NCBI GenBank assembly: GCA_963422375.2
Contig: OY729428.2
Location: forward strand, 1,504,001-1,568,000
DNA from: Bryobacterales bacterium
GTDB lineage: Bacteria; Acidobacteriota; Terriglobia; Bryobacterales; UBA6623
Length of the DNA: 64,000 bases
Direction: 5' to 3'
Shown: one piece after another, positions 23,360-32,983 of the stretch
Layout of the letters: every line of letters begins with the position of its first letter
How positions within the stretch are numbered: position 1 is the stretch's first letter
Position numbers and translations under genes: made by a program
The notes under the pieces: model-generated
Seen by the model: only the letters and a program-made list of their open reading frames with translations
What the model was told of the DNA's origin: nothing
Databases searched by the model: none

Positions 23360-23893
23360 GTGGCCTACATCGACACGGTCGCGCCGGAGCAAGCCGAGGG
23401 AGCGCTGCGGGCCGAGTACGCTGCGGCGCTGCGCCGCTCGGGCAGGGTCTGGAACATCCTCCGGATCATGAGCCCCAACCCGGCGGTCCTCAAGGCCTCG
23501 ATGGGTCTCTACATCGCAGCCATGCACGGCCCCTCGCCGCTGTCGCGAGCCCGGCGGGAGATGCTGGCCGTGGTCGTGTCCAAGGCGAACGGCTGCCACT
23601 ATTGAATCGAGGCGCATTGGCACGACCTCCGGGCCGAGGTCGATCCCGCGATCGCGGACCGCGTGCGCGAGGACTGGCGTACCGCCGGACTTGACGCGCC
23701 CGCGTGCGCGCTGCTCGCCTACGGGGAGAAGCTCGCCCTCACCCCTGCGGCTGTGACCTCGGACGACGTGCGGCGCTTGCGCGACGCTGGATGGAGCGAC
23801 CGGGCCGTTCACGACGCAGCCCAGGTTGTTGCATACTTCTCCTACATCAACCGCGTCGCGGACGGACTCGGCGTCGATGCCGAGCAGGTCTAG
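23360..23893 (+). CDS. AhpD/CMD-family peroxidase-related protein, probable selenoprotein (UGA 23603-23605 read as Sec in CxxU)
   Basis: ORFs 23360-23605 and 23663-23893 are in the same frame. Reading through gives ...REMLAVVVSKANGCHY-U-IEAHWHDL...LLAYGEKLALTPAAVTSDDVRRLRDAGWSDRAVHDAAQVVAYFSYINRVADGLGV, one complete 177-aa AhpD-like protein. Confidence 0.85.
23623..23642 (+). promoter_or_regulatory. Candidate bacterial SECIS hairpin
   Basis: CGACCTC-CGGGCC-GAGGTCG: perfect 7-bp stem with a G at loop position 2; the loop begins 25 nt after the in-frame UGA. Confidence 0.6.
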
Positions 23894-23945
23894 GAAGAGC
23901 CGTCGGCTGGCTCATCGAGCGCCGTTCGCTTCCGGGATGTCACGA

Positions 23946-25709
23946 ATGCAGGTTTTCGGGCTACCGAGCAGGCCGTCCCCAGGAGTGCTTCCCGCGATCC
24001 GGCTGCTGGCGCTCTGCTTCGCCGTTCAGTGCTGGTCAGCCCCGCCCGAACTGATCCTGCACGGCGGCAAGATCGTCACCGTCGACCGGCAGTTCACGGT
24101 TGCCGAGGCGCTCGCCATCGCAGGCGGGCGTCTCGTCGCGGTCGGGAGCGACCGCGAAGTCACCGCGCTTGCGGGCGGCGGCACCGAAGTGATCGACCTG
24201 CACGGGAGGACGGTCCTTCCTGGCCTGTTCGACACCCATACCCACCCGCTCGGGGCGGCGACCTACGAGTTCGACCATGCCGTCCCCCACATGGATACGA
24301 TCGCCGACGTCCTCGAGTACTTCCGCGAGCGTGCGGGAGTTGTCCCCGAGGGGCAGTGGATTCGGTTGCAGCAGGTCTTCATCACGCGCCTCCGCGAGCA
24401 GCGCTACCCGACGCGTGCCGAGCTCGACAGCGTCGCGCCACGGCACGCGGCCTACTTCCGTACCGGGCCGGACGCCTCGCTGAATTCCCTCGCGCTCCGG
24501 CTCAGCGGCATCGACAAGGACTTTCGCGTCCCGCAGGGGGTCCTGGGACGCATCGAGCGCGACGAGAGCGGCGAGCCGACCGGCGTCGTCCGCAGCGGTG
24601 CCCACTTGATCGCGTTCCGCGAGAGCCGGCGGCTGCCCGAACGCGAGGACAAGCGCCAGCGGCTCAAGGCGCTGCTGGCGGCCTACAACGAGGTCGGCCT
24701 GACCAGCATCGCCGACCGCAACGCGAGCTCCGAGGCCGTCGAGCTCTACGAAGAACTGCTCGCGAGAGGCGAGCTCACCGCCAGGGTGTTCGTCAGCGCG
24801 GCAATCGACGCCCAGGAGCCCCTCGAGGACATCGCCTCCGCCGTCGCCAAGCTGGCCCGGCATCCCAGGCACGCCTACGATCCGATGCTGTGGGTGCGAG
24901 GCATCAAGTTCTTCATGGACGGCGGCATGCTCACCGGGAGCGCCTACATGCGCGAGCCTTGGGGCGTCAGCGACGTCTACTCGATTACCGACCCGAGCTA
25001 TCGCGGGTTGCGATTCGTGGGCCCGGGCAAGGCCTACGCGATTGCGCGCATGGCGCTGGCGAGCGGGCTGCAGCCCACGGCGCACTGCGTCGGAGACGGA
25101 GCGGTGCATGCGCTGATCGACGCGTACGCCGAAGTAGACGACGAGTTCCGTGTGCGGGAGATGCGCCCGTCCATCACGCACTCGAACTTCATGAGCCCCG
25201 CGGCGATCCGGCGGATGGCGGAAATCGGCATCGTGGCCGACCTGCAGCCCGCGTGGCTCGAGCGCGACGGCGCCACTCTTCTCAAGCAGTTCGGAGAGGC
25301 CCGCCTGCGCTACTTCCAGCCGTACCGCAGCCTGCGGGAAGCCGGGGTGGTCGTGGGCGGCGGCTCGGACCACATGCAGAAGATCGGCAGCATGCGCTCG
25401 ATCAACCCGTACAACCCGTTCTTCGGCATGTGGATCGCTATGACGCGCCGGCCGCGCTGGACGGACGCGGTGATGCAGCCGGAACAGCGCCTCAATAGGG
25501 AACAAGCGATCCGCCTCTACACCACGGGCAGCGCGTTCATCACGTTCTCCGAGGGCGAGAAGGGCTCGCTGGAGGCCGGGAAGCTGGCCGACTTGATTGT
25601 GCTGGACCGAGACATCCTTGAATGCCCCCTCGAAGAAGTCAGGGACATATCCGTCGAGCGAACTTACCTCGGCGGGGATCTGATCTACGCTGCCGGCAAG
25701 GGCGACTGA
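23946..25709 (+). CDS. Exported metal-dependent amidohydrolase (YtcJ / Amidohydro_3 family)
   Basis: LILHGGKIVTVD, DLHGRTVLPGLFDTHTH, GIKFFMDGG, HCVGDGA, GGSDH, EKGSLEAGKLADLIVLD. Start uncertain. Confidence 0.88.
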   Translation: MQVFGLPSRPSPGVLPAIRLLALCFAVQCWSAPPELILHGGKIVTVDRQFTVAEALAIAGGRLVAVGSDREVTALAGGGTEVIDLHGRTVLPGLFDTHTHPLGAATYEFDHAVPHMDTIADVLEYFRERAGVVPEGQWIRLQQVFITRLREQRYPTRAELDSVAPRHAAYFRTGPDASLNSLALRLSGIDKDFRVPQGVLGRIERDESGEPTGVVRSGAHLIAFRESRRLPEREDKRQRLKALLAAYNEVGLTSIADRNASSEAVELYEELLARGELTARVFVSAAIDAQEPLEDIASAVAKLARHPRHAYDPMLWVRGIKFFMDGGMLTGSAYMREPWGVSDVYSITDPSYRGLRFVGPGKAYAIARMALASGLQPTAHCVGDGAVHALIDAYAEVDDEFRVREMRPSITHSNFMSPAAIRRMAEIGIVADLQPAWLERDGATLLKQFGEARLRYFQPYRSLREAGVVVGGGSDHMQKIGSMRSINPYNPFFGMWIAMTRRPRWTDAVMQPEQRLNREQAIRLYTTGSAFITFSEGEKGSLEAGKLADLIVLDRDILECPLEEVRDISVERTYLGGDLIYAAGKGD

Positions 25710-25798
25710 CAGCAGGCCGGGGGACGGTGGCGCTGGTCCGGCGAAGTGCGTCCTGGCGACCGCGAGGGGTGGATTTCGCGCTCGGTTGCTGGGCGGCG

Positions 25799-26938
25799 CT
25801 AGAATCGCGAGGCCATCCGGCGGGCGATGCGGTCGTTCGCCGCCTGGATCAGGGCCACGTTTTCCGCATCCGGTCTCTCGAATTCGTCAAGCAGACCGCG
25901 TCGACGGGCCTTGTTGCGCTGGTACGCGCCGCAGAGGTGGAATCCGATGCATCCGGGGTTCTCGTACAGCCCCTCGAGGACCTCCGCGTACCATTCCCCG
26001 TTGTTCCGAACGAACCCGCCCGACGGGTCAGGCGGCTGGATCTTCGCCGCGTCGGCCAGCAACACCGGCTTGCCCGTCCGCTTGTGCCAGTCGGCGAGAT
26101 AACCAAGCGGCTCGCGGAAATCCTGGAACGCTAGGACGTCGACGTACGGCAGCGCGGCCTCCACGACCTCGGCCGCGATCGGCGCGTTCGCCTCGTAGCG
26201 GTCGCCGAGGATCAGATGGTGCGGGTCGTGGCGGCGGATGGCGTCGTGCGTAGTCTTGTAGTACCGGACGGCCAGCTCGGCGAGCTCCCTGCGCCCGGAT
26301 TCCGCCTTGAGCCTCTCTGGATCGAAGATCGGCCCGCGCCATTCGTTGTGTGCCCGAGTATGGATCCACGTCGGGCAGTCGCTGTAGAAGTACCCCACAA
26401 GATTGGGGTCCACGCTCAGCTCTGCGCAGTGCGAGCGCGCAACGTAGTCGGTCCAGTCCTCCCATTCCGAGTTGCGGAAATCGAAGTTCCGAGTGTGCTG
26501 CTCCCACTGGTGCGATTCCGTGAAGGGCAGCAGGTGGCAGAACGGCAGGCCGAGGGCCCTGTACTCGTCGTTCGTGAACGGTCGCGAGTGTCGCCACTGC
26601 CTCACGGTGACTTCCTGCACCCAGCCGACCGTGTTGAAGCCCCATTGCTTCAGGTTGGGGACGACCGACTCCTTGATCCACCTCGTCGTGCTGCCGCCGT
26701 ACTTCTCGCGCCAGATTTCGATGTTCTCGGGGTACCGGAGGCTCGCGGGGTCGATGTGGTTGAGGCCGATGGAGAAGAACGGACGTCCCTCGGGCGTGGC
26801 GAGCCACCAGTGTCCGTCGCGCTGCGTGAGAGTGAAGAAGCCCCCGGGATTGGATTGGGTCGTTGTTGCAGCCCCTGTCCGCGGGTGGACGCCGGCCCCG
26901 AGAATGGCCGCGCAGTGAAGGAACTGTCGTCGGTTCAT
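25799..26938 (-). CDS. Tat-exported glycoside hydrolase, agarase (GH50)-like TIM barrel
   Basis: MNRRQFL signal; DGHWWLATPEGRPFFSIGLNH, LKQWGFNTVGW, DPNLVGYF, YYKTTHDAIRRHDPHHLILGDRY, GKPVL, NPGCIGFH. Confidence 0.7.
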   Translation of the reverse strand: MNRRQFLHCAAILGAGVHPRTGAATTTQSNPGGFFTLTQRDGHWWLATPEGRPFFSIGLNHIDPASLRYPENIEIWREKYGGSTTRWIKESVVPNLKQWGFNTVGWVQEVTVRQWRHSRPFTNDEYRALGLPFCHLLPFTESHQWEQHTRNFDFRNSEWEDWTDYVARSHCAELSVDPNLVGYFYSDCPTWIHTRAHNEWRGPIFDPERLKAESGRRELAELAVRYYKTTHDAIRRHDPHHLILGDRYEANAPIAAEVVEAALPYVDVLAFQDFREPLGYLADWHKRTGKPVLLADAAKIQPPDPSGGFVRNNGEWYAEVLEGLYENPGCIGFHLCGAYQRNKARRRGLLDEFERPDAENVALIQAANDRIARRMASRF

Positions 26939-27068
26939 GGCCGGTGGCGGTCGTCTGGCCACCCATCGAATGATACACCTGATTCCTCCAATCGTACCCG
27001 CGAGAGGCCATGAGCGGGAGCCCGCACGACCTGTGCGGTCTGGCCGCCGCTACTCGATTCGCCCCGAC

Positions 27069-27096
27069 CTTCCGGCCAAGATCTTCCGGCCAAGAT
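27069..27096. repeat. 14-bp tandem direct repeat in a divergent intergenic region
   Basis: CTTCCGGCCAAGAT twice, exact. Confidence 0.6.
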
Positions 27097-27362
27097 GAGG
27101 CCTGCCTGCGGGCAGCTTCTGACGACAGTCCAAGCGAGCACCGCTGATCGGTGCCAGGTTCGAGCGCCTCTCGGGTGTACCATGAGCGGTGAACTGCGTA
27201 TGCACGCCGATTTCAGGTGGCGCGCCCGCCCTGCGGGTGCAGGCGGCTAACGCCGGGAATTCCGCGAGGTCGCTATCGAACTGCGCGGGCGCGCTTGCCG
27301 GCGAGCTCGGAGCAGCTTGGGCCGGGTCGCCGGGCCCGGCCGACCACCTCGGAACGTGTCGC

Positions 27363-29720
27363 GTGGTGGCTTGGTGCGTCGGGCTGGCGCTGGCGTTCAC
27401 ACCAGTTCTGGCAGGCCAGGACACGGTTGGAACGGGTCTTGTTCGCGGAACCCTTGTACGGCTCGACGGGACGCCCGTCGCGGGTGCGCAAGTCTGCGTC
27501 GCCGGAACGGATCGCTGCGCCAAATCGGACGCGGCCGGGCGCTTTTCCGGCCTTGATGTCCGGCCCGGCCGCCGCCGTCTGGAAGTTCGACAGGAAGCCG
27601 CAGTTTCGCTGGTGACGGGCGAAGTCGAAGTCTACGCGGGGCGCACGAGCGAGGTGCGCTTGGAGGTGCCCGAGGTCAGGGCGGTCGAGACATCAGTCAC
27701 AGTCAGCGCCTCGGAGCTGCTGGCTCCCGACGAGGTAGCCACCTCTGGCGTAATGATCGGGAGCCGCGCCATCGCAAAGAGCGCGGATGCCCTGCAGGAC
27801 GTGTCGCGCTACGTCGCGACGCTGCCCGGGGTCACCACCGGTTCCGCGGACTTCCGCAACGACATCATCGTGCGCGGCGGCAGTCCGCTCGAGAACCTCT
27901 TCATCGTCGACAACATCGAGATCCCCAACATCAACAGCTTCGCCAACTTCTCCTCCGCGGGAGGTACGGTGAGCCTGCTGGACGTCCAGCTGATCGAGGA
28001 CGTGACATTCCTGACGGGAGGGTATCCGGCTGCGTACCCGAATCGGCTATCGAGCGTGATGCAAGTTGCTCAGCGGGAAGGCAGCCGCGAGCGCTTGCAG
28101 GCGCGAGCCACCCTCGCCTATGCCGGTGCGGGTGGCGTCCTCGAGGGGCCCCTGAGCGGAGGCGCGGGATCGTGGGTCGTGTCGGCGAGGCGTAGCTTCC
28201 TCGACTTGTTCACCCAGGACTTGGGCACAGGAGGCGTGCCTGTCTACTACTCGTTCACGGCCAAGGTCGTTCGCGACTTCGGTTCGCGTGACCGAGTGTG
28301 GGCCACTAGCATTTCGGGCATCGACAGCATTCGCCTCGGCCTGACCGAGGATCTGGAGCCCGAGGACGAGCTGAGCTCGTTAGACATCCGCTACAGCGGC
28401 TCCCGCACCGCGTCCGGGGCGAACTGGCAGAGAATCCTCGGGGCGCGCGGGGTGAGCCTCCTTGGCTTGACGCACTCGCGGGCCGGAGTCGATTCGACCG
28501 TCAAGGACTTGGTTCGCTCCGGGCCGTTCGGGCTCGATGCGGACATCGGCCAGCTCATCGCGGACGGGGCCGTGACCTTCCGCCAAGACTCGACAGAGAC
28601 AGAGACGGCGGCGAAGTACGACCTGAGGCTGCATGCGGGCCGTGGGGGCGAGTACCGCCTGGGCGGAGCCCAGAGATTTGTTGCCAACAACTACCTCACC
28701 GCCTCGCCATTCGGCTACGACGGGCCGTTCACGCTCGTGCCCGACATCAATCCGATCGACTTGCGGGAGCCCGTGAATGCCAGCCGCTCGGAGCTCTACC
28801 TGCAGGGCACGCATTCTCTGGGCGGAACGGCGCGTCTGACACTCGGGGGCAGGGTCGAGCGCTTCGGCCAGTTCGGCTTTTCTCACGGGCGGCTGAGCCC
28901 GCGAGCGGGCCTGACGGTCAAGCTCTCCAAGAGCGTGTCGTGGAATTCGAGCTGGGGCCTCTATTACCAAATGCCGCTCTATCTCTTCTTGGCCGCGTTC
29001 CCGCAAAACCGATCCTTGCTCCCCGCCCGGTCCGAGCACTGGGTGACCGGCATGGCTTGGACGCCCTCCGCGAGGGTCCGTGTCACCGTCGAGGCCTACT
29101 CCAAGCGCTATAGGGACTATCCCGCAGCGGAGCAGTTTCCGGCGCTCTCATTCGCGAACGTGGGCGACACCTTCAACGTGCGGGACATCCTGTACCCAAT
29201 GCTGAGCGGCGGTCGGGGCGAAGCTCGCGGGATCGAGCTCTTCGCGGAGAGGCGGTTCGCAGGCAAGTGGTTCGGACAGGCAAACTTCGCCTACTCGCGG
29301 GCCAGGCACGGCGGTCGGGACGGTCGGCTCCGGCCCGGAGCATTTGATCGTCCCTTCGCCTTCAATGCCGTGGGCGGGCGGACCATACGGGGAAAGTGGG
29401 ACATCGGGATCCGGTCCTCGTACCTTACCGGCCGCCCCTACACGCCCTTCAACCTCGAGCGGTCCCGTGAGCAGCGTCGCGGCGTCTTCGATCTGTCGCA
29501 GGTGAATGCACAGCGCTTGCGGCCGTACTTCACCCTGGACCTCCGTCTGGACCGCACCTTCCGCATCGGGCAAGACACCGCGGTCGTCTATTGCGGCTTT
29601 CAGAACGTCACGGGACGAAACAATCCCACGGGCGTCTCTTGGAACCGGCGCACGAATCGGCCCTCCCTTCAGAAGGGGATCGGCAGATTCTTGCTCGTAG
29701 GCATGGAGTGGGCATTCTGA
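27363..29720 (+). CDS. TonB-dependent receptor
   Basis: Carboxypeptidase-like N-terminal domain, plug LPGV..DFRNDIIVRGGSPLENLFIVDNIEIPNIN, GSWVVSARRS, LSPRAG, LDLRLD, C-terminal WAF. Start uncertain (27189-27363). Confidence 0.9.
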   Translation: MVAWCVGLALAFTPVLAGQDTVGTGLVRGTLVRLDGTPVAGAQVCVAGTDRCAKSDAAGRFSGLDVRPGRRRLEVRQEAAVSLVTGEVEVYAGRTSEVRLEVPEVRAVETSVTVSASELLAPDEVATSGVMIGSRAIAKSADALQDVSRYVATLPGVTTGSADFRNDIIVRGGSPLENLFIVDNIEIPNINSFANFSSAGGTVSLLDVQLIEDVTFLTGGYPAAYPNRLSSVMQVAQREGSRERLQARATLAYAGAGGVLEGPLSGGAGSWVVSARRSFLDLFTQDLGTGGVPVYYSFTAKVVRDFGSRDRVWATSISGIDSIRLGLTEDLEPEDELSSLDIRYSGSRTASGANWQRILGARGVSLLGLTHSRAGVDSTVKDLVRSGPFGLDADIGQLIADGAVTFRQDSTETETAAKYDLRLHAGRGGEYRLGGAQRFVANNYLTASPFGYDGPFTLVPDINPIDLREPVNASRSELYLQGTHSLGGTARLTLGGRVERFGQFGFSHGRLSPRAGLTVKLSKSVSWNSSWGLYYQMPLYLFLAAFPQNRSLLPARSEHWVTGMAWTPSARVRVTVEAYSKRYRDYPAAEQFPALSFANVGDTFNVRDILYPMLSGGRGEARGIELFAERRFAGKWFGQANFAYSRARHGGRDGRLRPGAFDRPFAFNAVGGRTIRGKWDIGIRSSYLTGRPYTPFNLERSREQRRGVFDLSQVNAQRLRPYFTLDLRLDRTFRIGQDTAVVYCGFQNVTGRNNPTGVSWNRRTNRPSLQKGIGRFLLVGMEWAF

Positions 29721-30129
29721 CTGGCCGGTCGTCAGGCCAAGCCACTCCGAGACATCCTCTCCGCTTCGCTTCAAGGTGCTGGGGACCGGTTCCCGACCGC
29801 GCCACCGCAGGCTGACTCCGATTTCGCGATTACCCGCTTCCCTGTCGCCGATTCTGCATTCAGCACGTGCCGCAGGGTACTCCTGCCGTCTCTGCACGGC
29901 AACAGGTCGGACAGCTCGGCGTTCCCGGTTGCCCGTGCGTCCCTAGCCGGATTGCCTGCGCCCCGGGCACGGACAGGGTGAGTGGAAGCCGTCTCGACGC
30001 CCCCGCGGCATAGAATCGGTATAGAAGACAGATGATGGCGCGCGCTCGATCAATCCCTGTTGGTGCGGAACTTGGGATCGTCAAGGATGCGTTACGAGTG
30101 GCTATCGGCCCCCGGTCAAGAGATAATCC

Positions 30130-30770
30130 GGTTCAATGTTTCTTCCAATTCACGAACCAACTTTCTGCGTTTGGATAGCTGTATCTTTCTAATATTCAAT
30201 GCCTTCCATCGGTATGCTGGAAGAGATTAGACGTTCTGAATCGATAGGAGGGACCAGTCCGGATCCATTCGAGCTGACGGACGGAATGAAGTTACAGTAG
30301 GATTCATTCAAATTCGAGTGTAGTGCGTGGATGAGTCTTTCTCTTGTACAATAAATCTTGTTCGAAAAGGCATCGATCTGAGTCTCGTCTTGGATCATGT
30401 ATTGTAACGTTGATAGCTACGAGTCCGCGAAATTTCGCGGCCTTGGTTGAATTAACTCGTGTATCGGACGCTCACTGAAGATCAAGTACACAAGTACTGT
30501 CTGAAACAGATTTCTGCCGAACTTCCCATTCTAAAACAAGGGGAAAGTGTCAAAGAAGTTACGAGATTTCTGACGATCAAGGGCAGCACAAATCTTACCA
30601 AAGTAGAGGTCATTGTAGGATGTAACTAGCGTATTTAGACAACCGAAGATCACTTCTGTCTTGGAACAAATTTTCATACTTTTTGTCGGCCACACCGTTC
30701 CTCGCATCACTGGAAAAATCTCAACGGTAATCCGAGCGTCCTTAGTCAGCGCAATTCGCTTGCGATGCTT
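30130..30770 (-). pseudogene. AbiEii-family nucleotidyltransferase toxin relic (type IV TA), N-terminus missing
   Basis: Hand translation: ITVEIFPVMRGTVWP...SYNDLYFGKICAALDRQKSRNFFD...VYLIFSERPIHELIQP...RERLI, matching AbiEii PV.RG / DLYAGK..AALDRQHPRDLFD / VYL.S..RP..E.L.P. In-frame TAG stops at 30531-30533, 30417-30419 and 30189-30191. Confidence 0.75.
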
Positions 30771-30810
30771 TGATGGTTGAATCTTGATCGCCGGAGATGT
30801 TTAGATGATC

Positions 30811-31570
30811 TCATCGGCATAAGAATTCATCGCGTATAATAGAGCGTGTACCACGACCTAGGTCATAGTCACTTGGACTGATCCCTTCAAGCCAGGAGTA
30901 TCCGTGTCGCTCGGCGAGCCAAAAAAACAAGCGCTTCACTTTCACGCCCCGGATGATCCCCAAGATGCCTCTCAGCCTCATAGGCGAGAGGTCCGGTAGA
31001 CCCTCTAGCAAGAGATCGGCGTGTTCCAGCGATTCGCTCTGCGGTACATGGTGCAGCAGCTCGAAGAAGCCTCTCTCTAGTGTCGATACCCAGAGCGTTG
31101 CGCTACCGACGCTCTCGGGGCGCACAAAGGGAAACCTCATACCGCATTGATCGACGGATTCAATTCGAATCCGACCGAAGAGGCGGGTCGTCCCTCTTCG
31201 GACGAATCGGCATCTCAACCCCAGATCATTGATCCATCGGGGCAGGGGATCGCAGCCGTGTAGCTGAACTAGCGGAGTCCGCGTCAGAGGCACTAAGTGA
31301 TACCGATTGGCATGCTCGAGCGCGGTCAGGCCGCCGACCACCAAGTCGAAGCGCATCCGGTGGCATGAGGATACCACTGCCTCCCACCAGAGTGGAACGC
31401 CCCGCCCGAGCGTACACGCCCGCTTGGTGCGCCGTGATCGTGCCGCTCTTGAGGAGGTTGTCGATGGAATGTGTCGACGCGCCTCAATCGCGCAGGGACT
31501 TTCTGGTCTCGACCTGGCCCGGAGGAAGAAGCGTGTCCAGCTCCGATCGCAGTTTCGAGTACTTCGGCAA
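30811..31570 (-). pseudogene. AbiEi-family antitoxin / transcriptional regulator relic (type IV TA)
   Basis: LLPPGQVETRKSLRD*GASTHSIDNLLKSG...GVYAR (TGA 31484-31486), a frameshift near 31390, then VGGLTALE, VSTLERGFFELL..VP, EGLPDLSP, VKVKRLFFWLAERHG.SW, DLGRGTR. Confidence 0.82.
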
Positions 31571-32264
31571 GGTGTGCTCTGCTACGATTCTACGGCGTTA
31601 ATCGCCGATTGTCAGGAAGATTGCAAACTTTCGCCTCGCGGCTAGACCGTATGCGCCCATCTGCACCTGGCTCGAGCCTCCGCGCGGCCAGAGCCCCGGC
31701 TTGGCTCTATGGATGGCTGCACCCCGCGCCCGTGCGGTGAGTGATCGGACCTCCAACACAGCCCGGACCCGGCAGGGTCGGGGGCTGAAACGCATACCCG
31801 GAAGACCGGAGGCGGAACTGGCGAGCCGCGCAAGCCAATGCGGACCGCAATTCGCCTTGCAGATTCGCGTCGGGCGGCGCCGTTGATGATCCGCCCGCAG
31901 CTCGCGCTCGGCTGCATCGGGCAATCCTTGCAAGAGCGGTTCTTGGCTTGGCGGCCCCAGAGGGAGCGCGAGTCTGGCGAGGCGGCTTGGCCCGCCCCTC
32001 CTCCCCACTTCCGGACATCGATGGCACTGGGCCGTTGCGGACGCGTCCGCAGCTCGCGCGAGATCCTCCCTGTGACGCCTAGCCCGGTCGATTCGCGAAT
32101 GCGATTCGAGGGCAGGGATGCAATTCGGGCGCGACGGGCAGGGATGGCCGGATTCAGCGCTTCCGCTGGTCGACGATGGCTGCACGGACAGTCGGGCGCT
32201 GCGTGTTGCGTCCGCCAAGCGAACGACCGTTTCCATGGCTTGATGAAGTGTTCGGACCAGCGGC

Positions 32265-32921
32265 TCAGGCGAGGTCGGCGGACCGGTCGCGCCCTGAAAC
32301 CTGCCTCCGGCGGGTCGGCCGGCGCTCGGGCCGGCCGTCGCGCAGGACCCGCTCGACGGCGGGTGGCCAGAGCTCGTCGTCCTGCGGCGTCATGGCCTGC
32401 CGGGGGTCCTTGCCTGCGACTTCCTCCAACCGGAAGGCGGGTTCCTCGGGAATGGTCGCTAGCCACTTGCGTCGTGCGACCCGGCCGTCCAATCCGGCAT
32501 CTTCCTCGTACCGGGACAGGGCCTTGGCAGCGGCACGGCGTCCGCGTTCCCAGGCCTTGGCGAACATCTCGTCGAGGACTCCCTTGAGACCGGGGCTGTC
32601 ATCGAGCGCTTCGGCCATCTGGTCCCGGAAGTTGTCGACCTCGCGGCTCCAGGGGCGGAGCGAGTCGGGCCGGCGCGGCCCCCAGTGCTGCATCTTGAGC
32701 AGGTGCTCGACGGCGCGGGCGCAGAGCGAGGTCCAGCTGGATCGGTCTTTCCTGGCCAAATCCTCGATCTCCTCAGCCACGTTTTCCCAGTCGAGGCGCT
32801 CGCAGTCGCGCTGGCGCAGGAGTGCCGCCTGGCGCAGGGCCCACGAGTAGGGGTCCGTCCAATACAGCGGCTTGTCTGTCCGGGAGCCCTTGGCCGGCGC
32901 TGGAGACGTGGGTGTCGGCAT
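32265..32921 (-). CDS. DUF29 family protein
   Basis: LYWTDPYSWALRQAALLR...LDWENVAEEIEDL...HLLK...SPGLK. Confidence 0.85.
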   Translation of the reverse strand: MPTPTSPAPAKGSRTDKPLYWTDPYSWALRQAALLRQRDCERLDWENVAEEIEDLARKDRSSWTSLCARAVEHLLKMQHWGPRRPDSLRPWSREVDNFRDQMAEALDDSPGLKGVLDEMFAKAWERGRRAAAKALSRYEEDAGLDGRVARRKWLATIPEEPAFRLEEVAGKDPRQAMTPQDDELWPPAVERVLRDGRPERRPTRRRQVSGRDRSADLA

Positions 32922-32983
32922 GGCCGTGCCCAGTCGCATTGTACCGGCAATAGAATTCGAGTAGCGGTTTCGTCCAACGCGAG

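Noticed and set aside
31484..31486. In-frame TGA in AbiEi (and the one at 16320-16322) as further Sec codons
   Set aside because: Not at a Cys-equivalent redox position and no hairpin was noticed; the AbiEi gene also has a frameshift, so this is decay.
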